Origin: Sumerlaeia bacterium
GTDB lineage: Bacteria; Sumerlaeota; Sumerlaeia; SLMS01; JAHLLQ01
Direction: 5' to 3'
DNA length: 24,089 bases
NCBI GenBank assembly: GCA_040219255.1
Contig: JAVJSW010000009.1
Span: 1 to 24,089 of the forward strand
This document shows, piece after piece, positions 8,400 through 16,035 of the stretch (positions within the stretch are counted from its first letter, which is position 1; each line of letters starts with the position of its first letter). The notes below the pieces were generated by a model that saw only the letters and a program-made list of their open reading frames with translations, did not search any database and was not told the origin of the DNA. The translations under genes and the position numbers were made by a program.

Positions 8400-11300
8400 T
8401 CAACGCCGTAAATCGAGCGTGCACGGGAATTCGCGATTCGATTCAAAAGGTATAACATGGAACGTGCCCGGCGTGTGGCCGAATGCTGCGAACCGGTTCG
8501 TCCGCCGCGCCTCCGCCTCGAACGCGTTGACCGGAAATGCGTCATAGCTCCGCCCGCCGGGATGCACCACATGGTACTTGCACCCGCCAAGCGACCGCCC
8601 GTTCCAGGTGTCCACAATGTCGAACACCAACGGCGAATGCACCGGAATCGTCGGATGCAGGCAAGAAGGCGGTTGCCACGCCCGATAACGCACGCCCGAG
8701 ACGAACTCGCCCGTCACGCCAGTCGGCCGCATCGGCATCGCCCGGCCGTTGCAGGTCACGGTGTAGCGCCTCGGGTCCAGCAACCCCCTCACCGTGGCCT
8801 GAATACGCTCGACCGACGAATCGACATACCGCGCCGTTCCCGACGCCATGACCTCTTCGCCGAGCACCAACCAGGGTTCGATGGCCTGCCGCACTTCGAG
8901 TTCGATTCCGATTTGGCTGACGCGGCCGAAGACCGGGAAGCGGAACTCGAAATGCGGAGCGAACCACTCTTCCTTGATCCCGTATCCCCCGTTGTTCAGG
9001 TCGAACATCACATCGCGGAAGTCCTCCGCCAGGAAATACGGCAGCAGGAACCGATCGTGCAAATCCGTGCCCCATCGAATCGGCGGGCGCGTATACGGCC
9101 GCTTCCAGAACCACGCGATCAGCGCCCGCAGCAGCAGCGCCTGGGTGATGCACATGCGGCTGTGGGGCGGCATCTCGAAGGCCCGGAACTCCACCAGCCC
9201 CAGCCGGCCGGAGCTGCCGTCGGGCGAGTAGAGCTTATCGATGCAGAACTCCGCCCGGTGCGTATTGCCCGTCACATCCACCAGCAAGTGGCGCAGAATG
9301 CGGTCGATCAGCCAGGGCGGGATCGGTTGGCCGTCCGGATCGGGGATTTGGCGGAAGGCGATTTCCAGCTCGTAGATCGCGTCGTTGCGCGCTTCGTCCA
9401 CACGCGGCGCCTGGCTCGTCGGGCCGATAAAGGTCCCGGAGAACAGGTACGACAGCGACGGATGATTGACCCAGTACGCGATGAGACTGCGCAGCAAATC
9501 AGGCCGCCGCAGGAACGGGCTGTCCGTCGGCGTCGCCCCGCCCATCACGATGTGATTGCCCCCGCCGGTGCCTGTGTGGCGGCCGTCGAGCATGAACTTC
9601 TCGGTGCCGAGCCGCGACTGGCGGGCGTGCTCATAGAGCACCGTGGTCTTTTCGACCAGTTCCTTCCAGTCCGCGGAGGGATGGATGTTGACCTCGATGA
9701 CGCCCGGGTCGGGGGTGATCTTGAAGTTCAGGAGCCGCGGGTCCTCCGGCGGCATATAGCCCTCCACGCGCACGGGGAGCTTCTGGTTCTTCGCCGTGGC
9801 TTCCACCACGGCGATCAGTTCCAGGTAATCTTCCAGCCGCCGCACCGGCGGCATGAACACGCAAAGGACGCCCTCGCGCGCCTGCACGCACATGGCCGTC
9901 CGCACGACGCTCGAGTAGGATTGGCCGCGCTTTGGCCGTTCCGGGATTTTCTGCTCGATTTTGGCCCCGCGCTTCAGAGCCTGACCGTCCGGGCGGATCG
10001 AGGCCTGCTGGGCGAACTGCTCCGCCGGGGGCAACGCATCGCGCGGGATCGTGGGGTCCAGCGGCGTCAGAGGAAACGTATCGCCCGGCGCCGTCCATGG
10101 CAAGGACCCCAGCGGCAGCCGATACCCCACCGGCGAATCGCCGGGGATCAGCACCAGCCGCCCCTGGCGGAAATGCCACGCGCTGCTGACCCACTCCATG
10201 CCATAGCCGAAAATGCCCCTTCCGATCGGCAGGACGTACCCGCTGACCCGATTGATCCCTTCCTCGAAAACCCGCGCGATGCGCGCCCGGTCTTCCTCGT
10301 TATCGAGCTTCGAATCGAAGGGGTCGACGTTGTCCGGAAGCCGCCGCTCTTTCCAGAGGTAATGCCACGCGTCCTCATAGGCCGGCAGCGCCCGCGCCGC
10401 ACCGACCCCGAGCCGCTCCGCGACTTCTTCACAGAACGCCCCCGCGTCTTCCTGCGTCGCTCCATGGGGCGAGACGTGGCGGGCGATCAGGCTCGAATCC
10501 CTCCAGACCGGCTCGCCATCCGGGCGCCAGAAACACGTCAACGCCCATCGCGGCAGTGACTCGCCCGGATACCATTTGCCCTGGCCAAAGTGCATCAGAC
10601 CCCCCGGCGCGAACTCGTCGCGCATGCGCCAGAACAACTCCTCCGACAATCGCCGCTTGTTCGGGCCCATGGCCGCCGTGTTCCACTCGTCACCCTCCAT
10701 ATCGTCAATGGAGACAAAGGTCGGCTCGCCTCCCATGGTCAGACGCACGTCCCCCGCCTTCAACTCCTCCTCGACCTGATCGCCGAGGCGAACGATATGC
10801 CCCCATTCCTCTTCCGTGTAGGGCTTGGTGACGCGCGGGTCCTCCAGGATCCGGCGCACCTCCATGTGGAATTCGAATTCCGTCTCGCAGTCGTCCACAG
10901 CGCCGCTGATGGGCGAAGCGCTCTGCGGGTCCGGCGTCGCGGCGAGAGGAATGTGGCCCTCTCCAGCGAAGAGCCCCGACGTCGGATCGAGCCCCACCCA
11001 GCCCGCGCCGGGCAGGTACACCTCGCACCAGGCGTGCAAATCCGTGAAGTCGGCGGGCGGGCCTTCCGGCCCCTCCAAAGGCTTCACGTCCGGCATCAAC
11101 TGAATCAGATAGCCCGAAACGAACCGGGACGCCAAACCGACCTGCCGCAGCGCCTGCACCATCAGCCACGCCGAATCGCGGCAGGACCCACTGCCCTTGG
11201 TGAGCGTTTCCTCCGGCGATTGCACGCCGGGTTCCAGACGGATCGTGTACTTCACCCGCGACTGAATCACCTGGTTGAGCGCCACCAGCCAATCGACGGT

Positions 11301-11720
11301 GACCATCTTCTCGCGCGGGATTTCCGCCACGAACTTCTTGAATTTCGGCGTCAGGTCGAGCGTACGAAGAAAGGGCCGCAGTTCGTCGGCGAGCCATTCT
11401 TCGTACCGGAAGGGAAAGTGCTGCGCGTGATCTTCGAGAAAAAAATCGAACGGATTGATGACGGTCATATCCGCCACCACGTCCACCAGCAGCTCCAGGA
11501 TCCGCGTCTTCTCTGGAAAAACCACCCGCGCCAGAAAGTTGCTCTGCGGGTCCTGCTGCCAATTGATGAAGTGCTTCTCCGGCTTGAGCCGCAGCGAATG
11601 GCTCAAGATCGGTGTGCGGCAGTGCGGCGCCGGCCGCAGCCGCACAATGTGGGGAGACAGCGACACCGGCCGGTCGTAGCGGTATGTCGTCCGATGGGTC
11701 AGAGCAACGCGAATGGTCAT
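8400..11720 (-). CDS. Transglutaminase + DUF2126 (putative COOH-NH2 amidoligase, glutamine synthetase/GCS-like fold) fusion, 1106 aa
   Basis: Start MTIRVALTHRTTYRYDR with RLRPAPH. TGase triad GSCRDSAW / LHAWCEVY / GLDPT. Ligase motifs MGGEPTF, GKWYPGE, PDPGVIEVN, GTGGGNH, GPTSQAPRVDE, GNTHRAEFCIDK, GRLGLVEFRAFEMPP. Confidence 0.95.
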   Translation of the reverse strand: MTIRVALTHRTTYRYDRPVSLSPHIVRLRPAPHCRTPILSHSLRLKPEKHFINWQQDPQSNFLARVVFPEKTRILELLVDVVADMTVINPFDFFLEDHAQHFPFRYEEWLADELRPFLRTLDLTPKFKKFVAEIPREKMVTVDWLVALNQVIQSRVKYTIRLEPGVQSPEETLTKGSGSCRDSAWLMVQALRQVGLASRFVSGYLIQLMPDVKPLEGPEGPPADFTDLHAWCEVYLPGAGWVGLDPTSGLFAGEGHIPLAATPDPQSASPISGAVDDCETEFEFHMEVRRILEDPRVTKPYTEEEWGHIVRLGDQVEEELKAGDVRLTMGGEPTFVSIDDMEGDEWNTAAMGPNKRRLSEELFWRMRDEFAPGGLMHFGQGKWYPGESLPRWALTCFWRPDGEPVWRDSSLIARHVSPHGATQEDAGAFCEEVAERLGVGAARALPAYEDAWHYLWKERRLPDNVDPFDSKLDNEEDRARIARVFEEGINRVSGYVLPIGRGIFGYGMEWVSSAWHFRQGRLVLIPGDSPVGYRLPLGSLPWTAPGDTFPLTPLDPTIPRDALPPAEQFAQQASIRPDGQALKRGAKIEQKIPERPKRGQSYSSVVRTAMCVQAREGVLCVFMPPVRRLEDYLELIAVVEATAKNQKLPVRVEGYMPPEDPRLLNFKITPDPGVIEVNIHPSADWKELVEKTTVLYEHARQSRLGTEKFMLDGRHTGTGGGNHIVMGGATPTDSPFLRRPDLLRSLIAYWVNHPSLSYLFSGTFIGPTSQAPRVDEARNDAIYELEIAFRQIPDPDGQPIPPWLIDRILRHLLVDVTGNTHRAEFCIDKLYSPDGSSGRLGLVEFRAFEMPPHSRMCITQALLLRALIAWFWKRPYTRPPIRWGTDLHDRFLLPYFLAEDFRDVMFDLNNGGYGIKEEWFAPHFEFRFPVFGRVSQIGIELEVRQAIEPWLVLGEEVMASGTARYVDSSVERIQATVRGLLDPRRYTVTCNGRAMPMRPTGVTGEFVSGVRYRAWQPPSCLHPTIPVHSPLVFDIVDTWNGRSLGGCKYHVVHPGGRSYDAFPVNAFEAEARRTNRFAAFGHTPGTFHVIPFESNREFPCTLDLRR

Positions 11721-11794
11721 GCAGGGCCTTTCCAAAGCCGGGGGATCGGACAGACAGCAAGGGTCACGAAAGGCGGCGCATCAATCCAGATTCG

Positions 11795-11811
11795 TTTTGA
11801 ACGGTACAAAA
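11795..11811. promoter_or_regulatory. AT-rich dyad TTTTGAACGGTACAAAA, candidate operator in the divergent promoter region
   Basis: 7 of 8 positions are symmetric around the central G. It lies about 75 nt upstream of the DUF2126 start in otherwise GC-rich DNA. Confidence 0.4.
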
Positions 11812-11899
11812 TCGGGTCATCGCCCGCGGCCGAGCCCTTCTTGTTGCCACCGCGGCCGATCCGCCACATCACAGCCCCAAGCTTGCCCGTGGACTATCG

Positions 11900-13003
11900 A
11901 TGATCGAACGCCTGCCATTCATCCGCCTCCTTCGCGCCCCCCTCATCGGCCCCGTCTGCGACTGGCTGATCGGGCTGCGCAAAGGCTTCGGTGGCAGCCG
12001 CCGCGTCATCGAAGTCGCCCGCGACGCCGACATGCGCAGCGGCCTGTCCTGGGCCCTGCCGATCCTCGGCTTTCTTTTCGCCCTCATTCTCATGGGCGCC
12101 ATGAAGTTCTATGGCGAAGAATCGGGCGGCTTTGGCTGGGCCCTTTTCCGCATTTTCGTCTTCGACTACACCCTCTTTCTCTTCGGCGGCCTCTCGGGCT
12201 GGAACATGGCGCGGCGCTGGCGCTCAAATCCCGATCAGTGCGAAGAACTGAGCCTGACGCCCCTGCCCCCTTCCGTCATCGGCTCCCTGTTCTCCGGTGG
12301 CCTCATCAGCATCTGGCTCGTCCTCATGGTCTTCTATTTCCTCATCGACTTCGCCACGCCCATCATCCAGCTCAAACAGTGGACCTGGACCGGTGGCAGC
12401 CCCGCCTACCTGGTCCTCTCCGCTCTGTCCGCTACCCTCGTTCCCGTGGTCCTCGCCTGGTTCCACTTCGAAAGCATCCGCCTCGGCCACTGGATGTTCG
12501 CCATCCACGCCATCCCCAAGGTCTCCCTCCTGGGCGCCGGCATCCGGAACTTTCTGATGATGACGATGTATGTGGTGCTCTTGTCGGGCGCCGGCAGCAT
12601 CATCACGCTGGTGCTCGCCATCGTCCTCGGCTTGATGGCGGAAGCCACCACCAACGCCAACGGCGCCATCTTCGGCAGCTACAGCCTCTGGATTTCCTGC
12701 TCCACCGCCGGAGCCCTGGCTGTCATCTGGCTCAAGCGCCTGCTGACGCGCGGCTACGAGAGCCAATTCGTCCGCGCCTGGCTTCAATATCAGTGGTGGG
12801 GCGCTGGCGAACGGAGCCAGCCGCGCCGCTACCCCGCCCACTTCAGGCCACAACTTTCTCTCTGGCAGGCGTTCTACGCCATGAAGGAAGAAGACGAAAT
12901 CGACGCCAAGCCCCACCGCCGATTCTACACCCGCCGCTACTACGCGATCATGGATAACATCAAACGCATGAAGGCCTCGCCCCCCGGACCCGGGCCCCGC
13001 TGA
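11900..13003 (+). CDS. Hypothetical polytopic membrane protein, 367 aa
   Basis: About 6-7 hydrophobic segments, strong GC3 codon bias, and a soluble aromatic/basic C-terminus. EELSLTPL resembles a motif seen in ABC-2-type permease-like proteins. Confidence 0.85.
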   Translation: MIERLPFIRLLRAPLIGPVCDWLIGLRKGFGGSRRVIEVARDADMRSGLSWALPILGFLFALILMGAMKFYGEESGGFGWALFRIFVFDYTLFLFGGLSGWNMARRWRSNPDQCEELSLTPLPPSVIGSLFSGGLISIWLVLMVFYFLIDFATPIIQLKQWTWTGGSPAYLVLSALSATLVPVVLAWFHFESIRLGHWMFAIHAIPKVSLLGAGIRNFLMMTMYVVLLSGAGSIITLVLAIVLGLMAEATTNANGAIFGSYSLWISCSTAGALAVIWLKRLLTRGYESQFVRAWLQYQWWGAGERSQPRRYPAHFRPQLSLWQAFYAMKEEDEIDAKPHRRFYTRRYYAIMDNIKRMKASPPGPGPR

Positions 13004-13009
13004 CTCTTC

Positions 13010-13732
13010 TCAGCGCAGCTTGATAAAGTAGGACAAGCTCTCCATCTCGAGCGCCAGGTCGATGTAATGCACCTGGATCTGTTCGGGGACTTCGATGCGG
13101 CACGGAACGAAATTCAGGATGCCCGAAATCCCCGCCTCGCCCAGCCGGTCCACAACCCCCTGCGCCGCGTCCGCCGGCACCGCCAGAATCGCGAAATCGA
13201 CCTTGTACTGGCGAATGCGCGCTTCCAATTCCGAAATGCGATAAATCGGCGTCTTGTCCACCCCATAGGTTTCCCACTTCGGCTGGATATCGAACGCGCA
13301 CATCAGGCGGAACCCTTGCCGCCGGAATCCGGGATAGGACAGCAACGCCGTCCCCAGGTTGCCCACCCCCACCAGCGCCACCCGAATTTCCTTGTCCGTC
13401 CCCAGGATCCGCTTGATGTTCTGCCGCAGCTCGCGCACCGGATAGCCGAAACCGGGCACTCCAAACTGCCCGAAGTACGCCAAATCCTTGCGCACCTGCG
13501 CCGAATTCAACCCCAACTGGCGGCCCAGCTCCGTCGAACTCACCTTCTCCACCTTGTCGCGTTCCAGGTGCTGCAACACCCGCGAATACAGCGACAGGCG
13601 CTTAATCACCGCCTTGGGGATGCGGCGGTCCTCGCCGTCCTCGGTCGAGGCCGCGGTCTCACCCATCTCCAGCGAATCGTCCTCCGCGGGGATCTTGTCC
13701 AATTCTCCGTTGTGGGCGTTGGCGGCGTCCAC
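13010..13732 (-). CDS. rex: Redox-sensing transcriptional repressor Rex
   Basis: IPKAVIKRLSLYSR, SSTELG and VRKDLAYFGQFG..GFGY winged helix; Rossmann motif LVGVGNLGTAL; ILNFVP. GTG start with GAGGAG RBS. Confidence 0.96.
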   Translation of the reverse strand: MDAANAHNGELDKIPAEDDSLEMGETAASTEDGEDRRIPKAVIKRLSLYSRVLQHLERDKVEKVSSTELGRQLGLNSAQVRKDLAYFGQFGVPGFGYPVRELRQNIKRILGTDKEIRVALVGVGNLGTALLSYPGFRRQGFRLMCAFDIQPKWETYGVDKTPIYRISELEARIRQYKVDFAILAVPADAAQGVVDRLGEAGISGILNFVPCRIEVPEQIQVHYIDLALEMESLSYFIKLR

Positions 13733-13824
13733 GCGTCACTCCTCGGTCAGGCCCGATTCGCCTGTGCAGGTTCGCGCGAAGCGTCCCCACCCGGTCCCCC
13801 CATCGCAAGCCGAGAATCACGGCG

Positions 13825-14304
13825 TCATCGCTGGCCCCGTCCCTCCACGAAAAAACTTGCCGTCAGCAAGCACCAGCTCACCCCCGCCCGCAGCACCGAC
13901 AACCCGTGCAGCATTCCAAAGCGCCCCTTGAATTCCTCCGGCGCGGCCCCCACGCTGCCATAGAGCATCGCCGCCTCCTCACGCAGCGCCCCGATCGCCG
14001 GGGCCACCGCCACCATTTCCGTCAGCGTCAGGACCACCACCCCAGCCAGCAGCAGCGTCAAGGCCCCCACCCTGCGCGAACCCAACTCGCCGCGCCGCGC
14101 CAAGGTCAGACCGATCAGGGCCAGGCTCACCAGCAGCGCCGCCCAATCCATCCGGGCCAGCATCGCCCCCGCGATGGTCCCCGCCTCGCGCGTGCCGAAT
14201 CCCAACTCCTCCGCCAGCGCGAACGGTACCGGAGCGGCCAGCAGCCCCACGGCGAACATCAACCCGATCAAGCCTCCGCAGAGGAACCGCCATGTCATCG
14301 CCAT
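13825..14304 (-). CDS. DUF4149/TMEM205-like four-helix membrane protein, about 159 aa
   Basis: Four hydrophobic helices; AAPVPF, AGTIAGAML, VAPAI..LR and FGMLHGLS match the family pattern. ATG at 14304 (or 14298) follows GGAG. Confidence 0.8.
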   Translation of the reverse strand: MAMTWRFLCGGLIGLMFAVGLLAAPVPFALAEELGFGTREAGTIAGAMLARMDWAALLVSLALIGLTLARRGELGSRRVGALTLLLAGVVVLTLTEMVAVAPAIGALREEAAMLYGSVGAAPEEFKGRFGMLHGLSVLRAGVSWCLLTASFFVEGRGQR

Positions 14305-14337
14305 CGTCTCGTTCTCCGAACCGGTCAAGTGCCGCCC

Positions 14338-14380
14338 AAAGAAAAACCCCTCCCCCGCCAAGGAGGGAAGGGCTTTTCTT
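14338..14380 (-). terminator. Intrinsic terminator downstream of the DUF4912 gene
   Basis: Minus-strand RNA GCCCUUCCCUC-CUUGGC-GGGGGAGGGGU forms an 11-bp stem (with G-U pairs), followed by UUUUCUUU, 25 nt after the stop. Confidence 0.8.
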
Positions 14381-14405
14381 ACACACAGGTCTGAGCGGTG
14401 GCGGA

Positions 14406-15671
14406 TCAGTCGAAAATCGGCTGAGTCGGATCGCCTTCCGTGTGGCGCTTGACGATCGGGCAGACGTAGCGGCTTTCGACGCCGTCGGCGCTGGTCGCCT
14501 CCACCGGGAAGTCGATCTGGCCGTCGGGCAGGGCCATGCGGATGCCGAAGGTGCCATCGGGACGCAGGCGAATGCGGCGGCCCATGAACTTCACGGAGGC
14601 GTCCGGCTCAGTACGGCCGTAGACGATGACTTCGACGCCGACTTCCAGCCAGAAGTTGCGGCCTTTCTCGCCGGCGATCTGCATGGCGCCAGAAGCGAAT
14701 TCGCCACTGAATCCGCCACTGAAGAGCGCCCCGCTGAAGACTTCGCTCGAGAGCGCTTCGGAGAACCGCTGCTGCATCGAGAGCGAGAAGCCTTCGCTGC
14801 CGCTCGTGCCGCGCAGCGACTCGCCACCCGACAGACGCAGGATCTGGCGATAGACTTCGTTGTCGTCGCCCGTCTCGTGATCCGCCGACTCGCCGATGGC
14901 GGGTTTGGGAACCGTCACCACACCGCTGCGGGCCAGCGTTTTGAACTCGCCCGTTTCCGTATAGGTCGCCAGATCGATCACATAGTTGCGGCCCGGCTGG
15001 GGCGTGCGCACGTACCAGGAGGACGTGTAATCGTTCACCGGCACATCGTGCGTCGCGTGGGCGTTTTCGCCATCGAAGATGATGTCGGTCACGTCGTAGA
15101 GGCGGACGATGAGCGGCCGCTCGTGCTGGCCGCGGCCGAGGTTGAACTCGCTGCGGGTGCGCTCGCTCAGCTCCCAGAACACGAAAATCCAGTCCGGGTC
15201 CCGCACCAGGGCCGACACCATGGTCTGGCCGTAATCGGAAGGCAGGCTGACGCCGCTCTCGTCGAAGGCTTCCTCGGACCCTTCCGGCGCGGCGTAGGAC
15301 GCCGGCGGCGGGGTCATCGGCGAGGAGGTCAGGCGGAAGGGTTCGCGCTCGCGGGCATAGACCACGCCACCACCCACGGGGGGCAGGTAAGCGGGACGCT
15401 TGCTCATCGGCTCGATCCGGCCCGATTCGCTGGCGGCGGCCTTCTTCGGCGCGGCCGCCGATTTCTCGGCAGGCTTCGCCGTCTCGGCGGAAGGCGCCTC
15501 ATCCGGTTCGGACGCTGACTTCTTCTTGCCGCGGGAAGACGCCTTGGCCGCCACTTCCTTCACGGTGCGAAGGAAATTGCTTGCCTTTGTCGACTCAGAC
15601 TTCGCTTTTTTGGCCGGAGTCTTGGTTTCCGGATCCGTTCCGGAGCTGGTCTTCTTTCTGGTGGGGGCCAT
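14406..15671 (-). CDS. DUF4912 domain protein with a Lys/Ala/Ser-rich N-terminus, 421 aa
   Basis: LPSDYG..LVRDPDWIFVFWEL, RLYDVT, SWY, LARS, and the conserved C-terminal module RNFWL...IVYGRTEPDASV...LRPDGTF...LPDG. GAGG RBS. Confidence 0.88.
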   Translation of the reverse strand: MAPTRKKTSSGTDPETKTPAKKAKSESTKASNFLRTVKEVAAKASSRGKKKSASEPDEAPSAETAKPAEKSAAAPKKAAASESGRIEPMSKRPAYLPPVGGGVVYAREREPFRLTSSPMTPPPASYAAPEGSEEAFDESGVSLPSDYGQTMVSALVRDPDWIFVFWELSERTRSEFNLGRGQHERPLIVRLYDVTDIIFDGENAHATHDVPVNDYTSSWYVRTPQPGRNYVIDLATYTETGEFKTLARSGVVTVPKPAIGESADHETGDDNEVYRQILRLSGGESLRGTSGSEGFSLSMQQRFSEALSSEVFSGALFSGGFSGEFASGAMQIAGEKGRNFWLEVGVEVIVYGRTEPDASVKFMGRRIRLRPDGTFGIRMALPDGQIDFPVEATSADGVESRYVCPIVKRHTEGDPTQPIFD

Positions 15672-15969
15672 GAGCAGCGTGCCTCTCGAAGAAAAGTATC
15701 AAATTTGTCGTTGGTTGTGCCAATTTACCGCGCAATTTCCGAACCATTGGTTGCCGCAAGTCCGCCGCTTCGATCGATCGCGCTTCAAACTGTCGGAATT
15801 TCAGCCGAGTCGATCGGAACGTTTTCGCCGAATCAGGGCGACCGCGTCTCCGCCTTCTCTACCCAGTCAACGAGAGTGACCCTAATCCTTTTCCGCGAAA
15901 GTCCAAGCGAAACGCCGCTGATGACATATCCCATTCGCGTCAAAGGTTTTATCCTAATCGCTTTCCAAC

Positions 15970-16005
15970 AAAAAAGCCTCTCCGGTCACCGGAGAGGCTT
16001 TCTTT
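15970..16005 (-). terminator. Intrinsic terminator downstream of the PpiD-like gene, possibly bidirectional
   Basis: Perfect 13-bp inverted repeat AAAGCCTCTCCGG-tca-CCGGAGAGGCTTT (15973-16001), with a U-tract on the minus strand and TTTCTTT on the plus strand. Confidence 0.88.
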
Positions 16006-16035
16006 CCCAAGCTTACTTCGCTGATTTTAATCGCC

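Noticed and set aside
13733-13824. Rex operator for autoregulation
   Set aside because: I found no TTGTGAA-N4-TTCACAA-like site here or in the other intergenic regions by eye.
15906-15930. GAAA and CUGAUGA cores resembling a hammerhead ribozyme or the 3' part of a fluoride riboswitch
   Set aside because: Only 5 nt separate the cores, too few for the required stems, and the 5' elements of the fluoride riboswitch are absent.
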